A DNA stretch of 59,699 bases, filler included, from Sphacelaria rigidula (GCA_964200075.2; 9 parts of 9 records of this genome joined end to end with filler, not necessarily neighbours in it); one strand, 5' to 3'; shown: positions 36,699 through 49,900, counted from the whole stretch's first letter. The notes: a model not told the origin generated them from the letters alone. Made by a program: numbers and translations.

Positions 36699-37762
36699 CA
36701 GGCTGGGCCGCCTAAGAAGCTCACTTCCCTCCAGCCCGTTCTAACTGACGATGTATCGCCAGTTGTGCCTACTATGACACATCGTGGTAATCGGCAAATC
36801 AGCGCGCATCTTCAAATCCATGTAGCACTCAGACAAGGTCTCATCAAACGAAATGTCAAACTGTAGTCAAGTGCGAAGGTCAGGGCACCATGTGTGGCGG
36901 AATTTGCCGAAAGAAAACCGCTGAGATTGGATTTTTGGTTACTGTCAGTTCTGTGCCGCGTGGTGCCGCACAAGCTGTAGCACAATTCCCGAGCTCAATT
37001 CTTAGTCTTTTTCGAATAAATTTTGAAATAACGTACTGTTCGTATGTGCAAACACCCCTTCGTTACTCCCGTGTTGTTTTTCTTCGTGAGTTATTGGCGA
37101 CGGAACATTTCGGAAGTTTTTTTTTTAACAAAATTGACAATAACTCACGGAGGAAAACAAAGAAACATAAGAGGAAAGGTTCGGTATTCGCACATACGTC
37201 CTGTACATCGTGTCAAAATTTCATCGAAAACAGCTTGAAATTGAAGAGCATAAATGCGTTTGGATTATTCGTAACTAGTCCACCTCCATATACTCTAGTA
37301 AGCAGTTGTCGACGGGATGACGCATATTCTTCGTTCAATTTTGGATTGTTTTCGATGAAATTTTGACACGATGTACAGGGTGTATGTGCGAATACCGAAC
37401 CTTCTCTGCCATGTTTTTTTTCTTCCCTCTGTGAGTTATTGGCTGCGGAACATTTCAGAACATTTTTTCGGAACAAAATTGCCAATAACCCATGAAAAAA
37501 AACGTGGGAGGAAAGGTTTGGTACCGAACCTTCTCTACCATGTTTTTTTTTCTTCCCTGTGAGTTATTGGCGGCGGAACATTTCAGAACATTTTTTCGGA
37601 ACAAAATTGCCAAAACCTCATGAAAAAAAACGTGGGAGGAAAGGTTTGGTATTCGTGCATACGTCCTGTACATCGTGTCAAAATTTCATCGGAAACGATC
37701 AAAAACTGAGCGAAGAATATGCATTCCAATATTCCTGGTGGCTTCTTGGGCGGCCCAGCTCG
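36699..37762. mobile_element. 1064-bp Tc1/mariner-like non-autonomous foldback element
   Basis: TA flanks; TIR CAGGCTGGGCCGCCTAAGAAGC vs rc CGAGCTGGGCCGCCCAAGAAGC; nested direct and inverted internal blocks. Confidence 0.7.
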
Positions 37763-38019
37763 TATCACCGTACGGTTTTCGCCCTTCCGGCTGCGCAAGG
37801 GGAAGCGATAATAGAAGAGACTTCCCTTGGCGGGTGACTTTCGGCGTTGTTTCTTGCTTTGGTCCAATTTTGCGGTTGGCGTAGTTCTTCACGTTTTATA
37901 TAAGGTGTGTCTAGTTTTACACTCCTTGAGTTTACACGTCTATCTTGTGACCAAACACGATTGGATTCGTGACGAATCGGTCCAATGTGCGATAGTACAT
38001 CAATGAAGCAGTCAATTAA

Positions 38020-38330
38020 AATCAACCAATCGCAGCAATCACCAATCAAAGTGATCAATCAATGAATCAAGCCTACCAACCAATCGACCATTAAACTCAA
38101 TGAATGAAATCAATGCAATCAACGAAATTAATGAAATCAACGAAATCAATGAAATTATTCAAGTCAATCGACCAATCAATCAATCAATCAATCAATCAAT
38201 ATGTGCATATTTGCTTGTCACCGATCAAGCTCATCAATCAATAAATGGAATCCATGAAATCAATGCATGCAACCAATGAATGAAATCAATGAATGAAATC
38301 AATGAATGAAATCAACCGATCAATCAATCA
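38020..38330. repeat. Degenerate (AATC)n / (ATCAATGAA)n simple repeat
   Basis: Direct inspection. Confidence 0.9.
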
Positions 38331-38761
38331 AGACGTCGCGCACGTTTGTTTTTAATCGGTGAGGTTTTGGTTGAAAAAGATTTGCAATATCTTTTGTTCC
38401 GGGTAAACTGGTATCACGCGAGTACGCTTTGGCTTCTGGGCGCAACGAGTGTGTATTTGAGGGGGGAAGGCATCACCCTCTTGTGGATGATGTGCCCTAC
38501 AAAGATAAACTAATCTCCTGTGGCCATCTGATGACGTGCTCTGCCTTCAGAGGAGGACGATTTCATATATATATATATATATACACAGTAGAACTATACC
38601 ATGATCCACTCCAAGAATGATGTCTTCGGATTGTTGGTAACAAAAGGAAGTATATAGCCTTTCTGCCTGTGTGTGTGTGTGTGTGTTTTGTCTTGTTTTA
38701 CATTTGCTTTTCGGTTTTTGGTTTTGCTTATGTTATACTTTTGGTTTTGGTTTTCAGTTTA

Positions 38762-39007
38762 GACTAATGCCGAGATAGCCCCCCCACGAAAAGTGCACCG
38801 GAGACCGTCCGACAAACCGGCTGCGATTCCACTATTNNNNNNNNNGCAATTTCGCCCACATGAGGGGCGTGTTGCAGTCCGAGATCAGCTATAACGCCCA
38901 AATGAGTCGCGTCGTGCAGCACGAAACCAGCTGTAACGGCATTTATGATCATCGCCTCCGTGCATATTGTTGGCCGGTTCGGGGGGGGGGCTATCTCGGC
39001 AGCAGTC
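38762..39007. mobile_element. ~246-bp MITE with 4-bp TSD
   Basis: TIR GACTAATGCCGAGATAGCCCCCCC vs rc GACTGCTGCCGAGATAGCCCCCCC; TSD TTTA (38758-38761, 39008-39011). Confidence 0.8.
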
Positions 39008-39066
39008 TTTAGTCCCTGTGTTTGTTCTGCACTTTTGTTTTGTTTTCTTTTGTTCGCTTTTTTTTT

Positions 39067-39104
39067 GTTAGGGTTAGGGTTAGGGTTAGGGTTAGGGTTA
39101 GGGT
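39067..39104. repeat. Interstitial telomere-like (TTAGGG)6
   Basis: Direct inspection. Confidence 0.95.
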
Positions 39105-39355
39105 TTTAACCATGTTTGTTGACCTTGTGGTACATCCATCGTGTGCCCAAATGACGCCTGCGTCCCTCGAGGGTGACTCAACGTACGACAATCAACGAAT
39201 ATCAAATCAGTTAATGTCAGTAATATAACACATGTGTCCGACCCGACACACCAATGCACGCGTATATCCATCGCGCGACACACCTTCACCTGTGTATGTG
39301 CACGTGATTGCTGCCATCGTACGTTTTATATATTTTTGTTATCGTAAATTTCCAG

Positions 39356-39479
39356 ATGGGAAGAGTTGCACCGAGCCTCTCAAGTGGCCACCATCACACG
39401 CTTGCGCGCGGAGGGACATGCCAGACGGAAACTTCTCGGAAGATTCTGGCAGGGTTGGCTAGCCGCGCGCGACCTTCAG
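39356..39479 (+). CDS. Sfi1-repeat protein exon
   Basis: tccag|A TGG completes Arg-Trp from exon 33661-33806; AEGHARRKLLGRFWQGW fits the Sfi1 consensus AX7LLX3(F/L)X2W; ends CAG|gtactc. Confidence 0.65.
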
Positions 39480-39867
39480 GTACTCACTGCTGCAAACATT
39501 TTTCACTCCTTTTTTTTCAATGCGGAGAGGAACAATGCGATACGAGTGATGAAGCACGTTCCTGAATTTTTGCTGAAGTCATGTCACCGTTTAGGCCGCA
39601 GAATGGAACTATCTCGAAAATTTATGATGTTGAGACAACGCCAACACGAACCCCAACCCCAACGAAGGCGTAGACGATAACCCTTGGGCTAGGGGGGTGC
39701 AAAGTGTTCCCTAGGCAAAGTGTGACGTTGGTAGACTTCAAATCGACGCCTATATTATTATTATTATNNNNNNNNNNNNNNNNNNNNNNNNNNNNNNNNN
39801 NNNNNNNNNNNTTAATTAATTAANNNNNNNNNNNNNNNNNNNNNNNNNNNNNNNNNNNNNNNNNNNN

Positions 39868-39940
39868 GCTGGTGCGCCCACATATACCGAAAGGTGTAGA
39901 CCGGCGTCCAGAATAGATGGGATGACAACACACACACACA
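39868..39940 (+). mobile_element. SINE 3' end at contig start
   Basis: Conserved tail plus (AC)n. Confidence 0.88.
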
Positions 39941-39941
39941 T

Positions 39942-40713
39942 AGCTCGCGTCTTTTGAATTTGAGAGCGCTGCGGATGTTTGCAAAAGTACAGCCCGTGCT
40001 TGTACGGTAGTGCAGTAGTAGTACACAAGGGAAAGTACCCACTGCGGTTTTTCATCATACGGTAGTACCGTACACGGAAGCTTTTCTTTTGAGATGATGG
40101 GTACAATGCAAAGACAGTACGCAGCGCAACATATCCACAGTATACAGCTCAACAGCCCATGGTACTGGTGCAGGGTGCAGCTGGTGATGATACAGACTTG
40201 GCGGCTGGAACGGTGGTTAGTACAACAGTGCAATCCAATGCCAGGGTTGTGCACGATACGGAAGTATTTTTTACGAAGTAACTACTGTACTATGCCACAA
40301 GTACAGACTGTATTTTGCTAAAAGAGTACGAGGTATACCATCATTTGTAGGCGGGTCGGGAGGCAGCCTCGCATTTCGCGGCGGTGTTGTCGGCCCTGTC
40401 TGTGGGCTTACACCGTCCTGACTGTAGGGTTCACCAACACATCGTATTATGGTACATGCGGATGCATAGGACATGGCAAACAGGCTGAAGGAAGAAGCTC
40501 CAGAAAACATTGCGGTAGCTGGTACACAGTGCAGGTGGTCAAGATGCAGACTTAACAGCTCGAACGGTGGTCAGTGCAACAGTACAGTACAGTTTCAAGG
40601 AGGTACGGCAGGGCAAAGTAGTATCTACAAAGTACTGCACTACTACTGTACTACCGTACAAGTACAGGCTGTACTTTTGCAAACATCCGCAATGCATTCA
40701 AAAGACATGGGCT
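39942..40713. mobile_element. ~770-bp long-TIR (Mutator-like) non-autonomous element
   Basis: ~75-bp inverted repeat (GTCTTTTGAAT...TGCGGATGTTTGCAAAAGTACAGCC-GT-CTTGTACGGTAGT-CAGTAGTAGT); left flank is a SINE tail, so no TSD is visible. Confidence 0.7.
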
Positions 40714-41275
40714 CTCGAGCAAACACTGCGCAAGATCGGTTATAATAAAAGGTGTAGGTGCATCATTATTTCTCCCCATTTGGGGGAATGACATGAGGAT
40801 GGTCATTTTGCGGCGTGGAGCTTTCTACGACTGCTTTCTGGTATTTGAGGTACAACCTTGTCACGACAACAAGCGCCGGTGAACCCTTTTGGGACCGGGC
40901 CTCCGGAACGACCAATGAGGCTGGTTTGACGTGTCTGGCGTATGCACGAAACAATGGCGTGTTGCCGAAAATCTGTGCGTGTGACCGCAGGGTTATGACG
41001 AAGACCGAAAGTTTCATCCAATCTATTTCCAGGTGCAGGGTGCGCATCAGGTAGTGTACATCTCATGTAGCAAGCAGCATGGGTCGAGGTAGAGAGCTTG
41101 CAACAGGATGCGGCGACCGGCGGGCCGCCCACCACTTGTGGCTTTGGATCATACTATTGTCCCCTTCACCTTGCCACACAGCCCTTTGAAGTCGGGGTGA
41201 GCCGTCATTTCCCGCTTTGTTGCGTGTAGCAAATTCTCTTCGAAGGGTATCAGCGATGCGGCGTGCATGCATACA

Positions 41276-41317
41276 ACAGTACAGTACAGTACAGTACAGT
41301 ACAGTACAGTACAGTAC
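41276..41317. repeat. (ACAGT)8 microsatellite
   Basis: Direct inspection. Confidence 0.95.
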
Positions 41318-43366
41318 CGTGTAGTACGCCTCTCCGATTGAAGCAGCAGCTGCCGCTGCATACTCCCTTGCACGTTCTAGGCAATTCTCAGCTACCGAAA
41401 GCAGCTGTCTATATACAGCTTTGTCATCCCCGCCCACTACATACATGTTTACTGCACACTGCAAGTCATCGGCAGAGGGATGAGCAGAATTCATGACGGT
41501 AGCTCCTTTTGTCTTTCCACGACTCACCTGGATTTAGTGCCTCGTGAAAATGACCACATGGTCGCATGTACAGCCCTTCTCGGTGTTTTCCGCTCCACCC
41601 TGTGTTAGTATAACTACCACGTTTTAGAATATAATTGTGACCCAAAAAACCCTCAGGAAAAACTCGGGAACGCTGTACTGAGTGCAAGTGATACCATAAA
41701 ACCAAGTTCCGACCGCTCTGCACTTGGAACATGGGAAAGCTTATCTGGGCCAGGGATAGGGCCCCCACACGATCTTTGCAGTGGCATCACACTCGCCAAC
41801 GATCCCCGCGCTGGTCGTTCGGGTCTGGTCGATAGATTTTGCCTCGACGTGATTTGGTAGATCGCTCGAAGACATATTTTTTACTATTTAACAAACACGG
41901 GTCAACCCTGTGTTAGTGGGGGGTCGGTCCTAAAAGGGTCAAGTATGTGAATATTTTTTCCCGACACATGTCGCCGTTCATGATTTGCATGCCGTACTCA
42001 TAAAACCACTGATCTCCCATTCCTACAAAGCCGGGACGGGGCACGACGGGTTTTGGCCGGACCAGGCTCGCAATAAATCACCAATCGCATATCGTCGTGG
42101 AAAGATTGGAGCAAAATGTGCACTTCACATACCAAATATCGTGCCTGTCCAGAAGCGCCTGTACCTTCGGCATTAGCCAAATCTTCGTCAGCGTGTAGAT
42201 TTGCTCTATCGGCGATTCTCAAACTTACTGCGGTTGAATCCAATGAACAATTCTAGGATATGACCTTGAAAAGAATGAGGGGAAGTTTTTCTCTGGTCAT
42301 TGGAGCTGTCTTAACTAGTCGATGAGACCCCAGAACCGATGCCAGCAGTTTATGTTAGAGCTGATTCTCCCTGCACTTTTGGGGACAGCTAGCGGCGCTA
42401 CTGTACTGTGGTGGTGCCTCGAGCCCATCGTTGTTTCAGATTCACGGGGTACGTTAGCAGCACAGAGCGTTTTCCTGTGTGGGACGTGAATTGGGAGTGA
42501 CCAATGTTTCTTTGTATGGCATATATGAGTGATTGAAATATTCCGTAACTCATGGTACTTGCGGTCACTCTGCACCGATTTAAGGGAATCCTTCTCCCAA
42601 GAATATTCACTACGGATCATCAGGGGTGTTACTCAACGTCATGTCTTGGTGCTACGACACCGATTCTGTGCCACAACAGCCCTTCCGTCCTTGCACTGCG
42701 TTGCATGTTGCTCCATTGTTTGCGATGGACGACTCTATGTTCATCTCTTCTTACCCTTGTTATTGTCCTGGCCGAGCTGATCGCCATGCATAGGTGAGGG
42801 TGACGATACCGCCGGCGGATACGAGTGCGCCATAACACCTATTATGGGACGCGGGTCGTCTAAGGCCTCTCTCTGGTCGATCTGCATGACGCTGGCTGGA
42901 TGCTGATGGCTGCTGGTCTCACGCATAACTCGAGGTTGCAGAAAATCTACAACCATACAAAGGTGAAGTAGTAGCGCACTGTACTGTGCTGTCTTTACCG
43001 TGTCGAATGTACCCTGCTGTGCTGTTGTGGTGCCCTGGAAGCGTCTGAGCTCTGGCTGACCCCGTACCCGACTGTCTTGCGCTGATACAGCTGTTGAGAT
43101 GGTCTTCAATGCCAACTTGCTGGATGTTGCTGAACGTGCTCGAAGGTCGAGGCCTTTCAAATGTTCCGCTCACAGAAATTGGGTACAGTAGAGCGTCCTC
43201 ATGCCCCTCCTTAGCAGCGTTTGGGAAGGGGGGAGTCTCAAGTCTCGAGGAACAACCAGAAGATCGGAACATGACAACAGCACATATCATTGAATCATGA
43301 CAGAACATTTCGAAGACATGTTCGCGCAACAAGCAAACAGCTGTACGCCGTAGGTGAGCACCGCTG

Positions 43367-46107
43367 ATGGCAGGGATGAGTAGGCGCGAAGTACGTCTCC
43401 GCGCCTTTCCGACCTCACAATGTTTATATTTCTGTCTGGAAAGCGGGGACTGGCCCCTCGACCCTCACGAAATCTTACTGCACCCTCGAGACCTGGATAA
43501 GCTGCGAGTGTCGGCCTATGGCTATGTTACCGTTGTTGGTGACTCGACACCCGGCGGCTGCGGGGGTAGCCGTGGTGATCACAGCCGCCGCCGCCGCCGT
43601 CGCCGCCGCCAGGATATCAATAACATCAGCACCAACAGCGATGCCATTCCTCATACCTTCTGCAGAGCGGTGCCCGACAACTCTTTGTCGCCCGGGGAGG
43701 TTCGAGCTTCGCCGTGGATCCTGCGCGCTGTTCGTGATGCCGATCGTGGAAATGCGGAGTATCTCTTGCTTCAGCAAGCGATGGAAGCATGCCGGGGGAG
43801 GGGGGACGGGGGGGTGAAAGAAGACCGACGAACGGCGGTGACAGTGGCAACGGAGGCGGCGCTCGCTTTTCGCGTAACACTAACCTTGTGCGACGATAAC
43901 GCTAGGCGGTTTTTGGCTGGAGCTGGGCCAACAAACAGAAGCAGTGCCTTCGGTGCATTGAAGAGTAACGACCTGAAGCTACCTGGTGGTGGTGATGGTG
44001 GTGGTTGTGGTGATGGTAGTGGTGGTATCGTGGGTCATTTGGACCTTGGTCGAGCGATCGCAAGGCGATGCAGTGGTTGCCTGGTGAGCCCAGGCTCTCT
44101 GGTAGGTGTCGAAATACTTGGAGAAACGGTCGTTCTGCGGGTGGAATCGGTTGCAGGCGATGCTGCTGGAAATACAGATGATTATCCTCCCGATGCGACT
44201 GCCGCTGCTGCCACTCCATGCGGACGTTCTTCTGGCAACCCTCACCATGACCGAAATCGAGAGCTGCGCGATACGCCCGCGAAGGGCTCAGCCGGCGGTG
44301 GAGTCGACGGAAATGACGACGAGGACGACGGTAGATATCAAGGCGGTATTGGTGATGGTAAGATGGATGGCTACATCAGTAAGTCACAGTTCAACACTCC
44401 GGCCTTGATGGGCCCCAACACTCAAGTGTCGGTGCTGCAAGCGAAGGCGCGGCCAGTCGAGGACGATTTGCGGAAAAACGGATTCGGTGGTATGAAGCAG
44501 CGATTTTTTACGCGGTGCAGTGCCGAGAGAATCCTTTGGGCGCGGCGTGCACCGAGTTTAGAGGGTGTACTAGACGAACTACTGTCCCTTGTATTGCTGG
44601 CCATGGGGAGTCTGAATGGTACTGGGCGGGCTGCAACGAGAATACCGGATCCGGCCACTATAATTGAAAGCAATAACAGCAACAGCAATGATTGTAGCAG
44701 CCCAAGAAACCTTCGCCTGTCAAATGTGCTCCCAAATGCCGTCGTTCTCAGCGGGCCGTCGGGCGTGGGTAAGACCTTGGTGCTGGACATTCTCGTGGAG
44801 GATCTACGAGAGCGGCACGGCGTGCACACCGTACGCCTTCTTGGACCGCAGGTGCTAGCCGGTTTCAGCCACGGTGGGGGAAGCAGCGACGGGGGTGACC
44901 GAGCAGCGACGGACGTCGTCGCCTCCGGACCGGCGGCGGGAACTATCCTCTCCAAAGCTCTCGCCGCCGTGAGAAATCGCGCTCCGGCCGTCCTCATCTT
45001 TGACGAGCTGGATGCCGTGTTTGATTCGATGGGCGGAGATGGTAATGTAGGCGGGCCGCCCCTCGCCGAGGGGGCCCGCGTGGGTGCGGCCTTGCTGGCG
45101 GTCCTCGATGCCGTAGCTTCGACCGCGGGCGCGGGCGTAGCTGTTGTCGGTGCCACCCGCCGCTCGCTCTCTGGGGCAGGTGGTGCCGGGTGGGCGGGTC
45201 TAGAAGGTAACCAAGAAAGTGGCGGGGGTGGAGGAGGGGGAACCGGAACGGGCATTCCTGCAGCATTTCGGCAACCCGGTCGGTTCGATCGGTGTGTAGA
45301 AATAGGGCCGCCGACGCAGGCTGGGCGCCAAAGAATATTGCAGGTGTTATTGGATAGGCCAGGGTTGGAGCTGGAACCATTGGATTCTGGCGTGCTACAT
45401 ACGTCGGGTGTTGAGATGCGCGAAAAATGGGCTCCGCCTTCCCCGTCAAACGGGCCATGGTCATCGCAATCGCCAGATGTCGAGGTTCCCGTTTCGGGTA
45501 ATACGGCAAAGCAAAACGATGGTGGTGTGCACGACAAATTGCACTGCAACATGAGTACTGTGATAGAGGGGAACAGCGGACAGGGGCGGGGCCAAGAAAC
45601 TCTGGTGGAGTGGGCGAAGCGGCTAAGCTCGTTGACACCGGGAATGGTTGGCGGTGATCTGGACCGGCTCGTTCGAACGGCGCGAGGGCGAGCGACCTTG
45701 CGCAGTAGAAACAGCAGCAGCCGCAATATCTCAAATAATAAGCCACATGTACCAAATCGAAGCTTGCTCTTATCATGGCAGGACGTCGTAGGGGCCGTAT
45801 CCGTCACCGTTCCGCGATCGCTGAAGGGTATGGACATAGCGTCCGCTTCCGGTGCAAACAGTGGCGGCGGCGGGGGGCCCACATGGGCCTCCGTTGGCGG
45901 GTTTTCCAAGGCGAGGCGACGATTGCAGCGGCTGGTGCAGTGGCCATGGCAACATCCAGAGGCGTTCGCAAGGATGGGGATATCCGCTCCGGCGGGAGCA
46001 TTGCTGTACGGCCCCAGCGGCTGCGGTAAGAGCCTGGTGGCACAGGTGCTAGCAAATGAGTGCCTAGCAAATTTCGTATGGGTCCGATCTTCGGAACTTC
46101 TCTCCAG
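43367..46107 (+). CDS. CDC48/AFG2(SPATA5)-like double AAA+ ATPase, first exon (partial gene)
   Basis: D1 Walker A GPSGVGKT, Walker B LIFDELD, RQPGRFDR, TPGMVGGDL; D2 TWASVGG...VQWPWQHPEAFARMG...LLYGPSGCGKS...NFVWVRSSELLS; donor AG|gtgggt at 46107. Confidence 0.88.
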
Positions 46108-46317
46108 GTGGGTGTCGAAATTGAAGCGAAGATTGGTCCTCTCGTGTCGGGGGTTTTGTGTAGGTCAGGGCAAACCTGACGAGAGGTGAGTTTCGTTCAT
46201 GCTGTTTTAAGGACTTGATAAATATAATGTTGGAAGTACCTTTGACAAGATGTGATAAGACGTGACGTTTTCGTTGTCTCTACTTCGTTGGAAATTACGC
46301 AGATATCTGAGTTCGCT

Positions 46318-46349
<32 letters not shown>

Positions 46350-46582
46350 CCCCCCCCCCCCGGGTTTTGGGGGCACACAGGCCATAGTGCGGGACCCCTC
46401 TTCCCACCAGCNNNNNNNNNNNNNNNNNNNNNNNNNNNNNNNNNNNNNNNNNNNNTTAATTAATTAANNNNNNNNNNNNNNNNNNNNNNNNNNNNNNNNN
46501 NNNNNNNNNNNAAGGGCCGACGACCAAAGGCAGGATTTCCTTTCAAATTAGTTCCCCCCCCCCCCCCATTCCTTCCTCTCAC

Positions 46583-46686
46583 CTTGAAGACCTCCTGATT
46601 CCGGATATACTCCTTCTCCAGGAGCAAGAAGTCCTTGATGCGCTCGAGCTTCAGTAGGCGCAGCCTACACTTCGCCGTCGGGAACA
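46583..46686 (-). CDS. RPT2: 26S proteasome regulatory subunit 4 (RPT2/PSMC1), exon 2
   Basis: gacag|(V)[34 protein letters not shown]|gtgaga; phase matches exon 1. Confidence 0.95.
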
Positions 46687-46862
46687 CTGTCAATGGCAGA
46701 AGGAACAACAGCAGAACGGATCCTCAATAACGAAAGCACACTGCGGAAACCCGGGTCGGTAATTTCGTAACACTCTCAGCGTGTGATGAAGCGACGGTGT
46801 TGCACGATTGGCTGGCGTATGACTAAAAATGATCACGCAAACTTTTGAAGAAGAGTGTATTA

Positions 46863-47200
46863 TTGTGTGTGTTGCCATCCCGTCTACTCTGGACGCATCA
46901 GCCGGGGTTATATAGGAGGAAGGTCAACACAGGAGTTTATTTTCTTGTTCTGTTCAAGCACTCCACGTTCCTTCTGCGGTGCTGGCCTTTGCTCTTTAAT
47001 CGTGAGAGGGGTGGGTGCAACGGTCCCTGCGTATCCTTGACCATGAAGCAGATTTTTGTGTACCCGCAACGTAGTCGCTTTTCACTGTTGGGCATGATGT
47101 GAGGAACGATCTCATATCATGTGACTTTACAACAATTCGAATGCACATTTTAACCGTCAGAAGGTTTCGAGGTTACTAAATGAGCCACCGCGGTGACTGG
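46863..47200 (-). mobile_element. SINE, near full length with internal deletion, in RPT2 intron
   Basis: Reverse complement of head (TGAGCCACCGCGGTGACTGG), body and tail. Confidence 0.8.
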
Positions 47201-47949
47201 GTAATACTGGGGTGAAATAAAGCGTATCATGAAGCTGTGGTGGCCGCCTCCAGAGCCCGTGCTGAGGAAAGCAACGCAAGGAGCTCCGACTTCGTGGGAG
47301 TTCATGTGGATACCGCATGAAGACAGTTGTGGAAGGTAGAGTCACCACGGCGGAGTGCTGAAGGACAAAATGGGGGATGAGGTAAATTAGTATCGGTAAG
47401 TCATCTTGGTACCAGCCATGCTACGCCCAGTGTTGTGGCTCCAACGTACACCGACACCTCTCGGACCCATCGCGTTACTGAAATACAATAGTTCCAATAT
47501 TTACAACAAAACCCTGTGTAGACTTTCAAGAGGTCACGTGGTGCTTCGTGGTATCCAAAAGAGGCCTCATCCATGATCCATCGACTGTCGCACTTCTAAT
47601 ATGATCCAGCCGTGGTGATGAACGTGCCCCACGTAAATAACCAGGAAAAAACTGTGGCTGTGAAAGATGATAAATGGCACTCGATGCTCCGCGACAAAGT
47701 CGACACAGCGCTGCAAGCAGCAACGCACTGATCTGCCTCTTCGTGGGGAGAAACGTCTCGAAAATATGATCATTTTTTTCTTCAGATACGCGGAGTCCAA
47801 AGAACGGGGGAGGATCACCGTATATTTCAGGGGAATCATCGTATAGCGATTTCTCTCCCCTAAAAAGAAAGTTTGGAAAGTTATTTTACGAGCTAGGCCA
47901 GGCGTAAAACGTGGAATCCCCGGGCACACAACAACTTGTTCAGTCTCTC

Positions 47950-49900
47950 TATTCAGTCCGATATACGCATATCGCTGGGAAATGCGAACCAACCTGGTTA
48001 TGCACGGCTCCGCCGCTGTTCGATTTGCGCAGCTTTGCGCGATGACGAATTTGTATTGCATTGAGTACCTCGCGTGTTTTTCTATTTTCAAGGGCGGCGG
48101 AATCACGTCTGACAGCTTTGATACGCACAGTCCAGGGTACACTGGGAAGCCTGCGAGATGGCATCAAGCTCGTTAGCAGCTCCATCATCGGAGAGGATCT
48201 CAGAGCCGATTGTCACGTACAGCGAGCACAGGCACAACTATACAGCCCTACGGCCGAAGCTCTCATGGATAGGGCGGCACGTGCACTGCACCAAGTTGAC
48301 AGAAGGTTTTAGTGGGTCGAGCCCCCATACTGCCTTGAGCAAAGCTTGCGAACGCTCGAGGCGCCTACCCCACATGACTGCCGTGAGAGAGTATAGCCGA
48401 GCCTCCGGGTAATCGGCACACGAACCTGCTCGCGGGGGAAGTGTTGAGTAAGGTTCCGTACTCGAAGGACAAAAAACAAACTATACAGCGAGGACTGGGC
48501 CGCAACGCTTATTCTCGATTCAACCCCCGATAATGAGTTTTTTCTTCACTGAAGGAATGAAAAGGTGTTTGCGGTAATTTTCTGCAACTAGGCTTCCAGG
48601 GAAGCGGGAAAATGTTCGAGACAGGCCTTGGAGAAAGTGGAGAAGGCCTATACTTTACGCAGTACATTTTTTTATCTATTGCAACTATTGACCCTACGTT
48701 GTCTAGGATGTGGAAATTTCAAATCGCTTCAACCTTTTTTTCTTCTTCATTGCTCGAGAAATGTTCCGCGTGTTGATGTCAACAAATCCCGTACCAATTT
48801 TTCAGCGCGTAACTCCTTACTAAGATGCGTATCATCTGTCAACCGCCGATAGGAACTCTCGGCTGGCCCAGTTCGTACAATCCAAGAGAACATACGTTGG
48901 AGAGCTGCGCCGCACACGTACGAGAGTTCGAGTAAAAACGGCACATGTATATCTATATACACACTTGATACGATCGCATGCCTCCCGGTTCGCATTTCTT
49001 CCTCACGAATGTTTTGAAAGAGAGATTATGACATGGATGTATTCTCCAACGTGTGAAGACTAAGGCTTCATGTTTGGAAACTCGTTTTGTTATGTGTAAT
49101 CTTCTCGTGTGGTTTGCACATGCATCGTCATCCATAGTATATTCCGAAAATTGTATCCAGACTCAAAATTTTCATCTGCTTCAATCTATCATTCGTCCTC
49201 GCATGTGGATGTAACCCCTGAGAACGTGAACGGTGCGTGGAGGTGAGTAAACAAACAGATCAATCCTTCGTCTGTTCCATGATATTCGGGTCAGCAACAG
49301 TCACCACTTTTACGACGGAAACCCAGATATCCGAATAGAAAAGAGGCGGCACTCCAGCCAATCGTGCAACACCGTGAATCAAGCTCATCTCTGTCCAGCA
49401 TAAGAGCTCCGTCCAACACCAAATAACAAACGCGGCAACATGCATCAAAGACAATGGTAGGGCAGACGGTTAATTATGTGGGGGCTTTGCGCTGGTTAAA
49501 CCCTTGAGTGCCTGCAGAAACATCTGAATATAATACCTTCTTGTCCAAGTAATCATGATGCCAACTAAACAGACAGATAATGTGCGGTGACCCGGTCAAC
49601 AACATTGATCGACAGATGGAGGACTGTATGGAAATATCACGCGCTGACATCATGGACCAGCAAACTTGCAGCATCACTCCGGATTTAGTGCGGTTGTTAT
49701 GTAAAACGTTGCATATTACGTGTGGGGCAAGGTGTCCGTTACGTGGGATATTTTTCGATGAGGAGGGGTTTGTGACGATGCCGTGCGGGTCGGGAAAACT
49801 GACATGATCGGAGAAACATGAGCTGTAGAAGGACAGCACTACGAGGTCACACAATACATACGAGGATATCCGTGCACACCACCCCCCATTCCCATTTAAT
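47950..49900 (-). pseudogene. Possible highly decayed Gypsy pol in RPT2 intron
   Basis: Weak RT-like (HGIVTNP...GHL; ICLF...KVLYS...TQGF) and integrase-like (YPGLCVS...MQYKFVIAQS..NRT.E...LVR) fragments in RT-then-IN order. Confidence 0.4.

Noticed and set aside
39067..39104. Chromosome end
   Set aside because: Short interstitial array inside an intron with other sequence on both sides
40766..43330. Minus-strand gene upstream of the AAA ATPase
   Set aside because: Protein-like fragments contain stops and a microsatellite; no consistent exon chain or family could be supported
44422..45909. 495-aa minus-strand ORF
   Set aside because: Antisense shadow of the GC-rich AAA ATPase exon
46108..46189. 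C-terminus of the 940-aa ORF
   Set aside because: Intron read-through after the GT donor; the D2 Walker B is missing, so the gene continues off-contig
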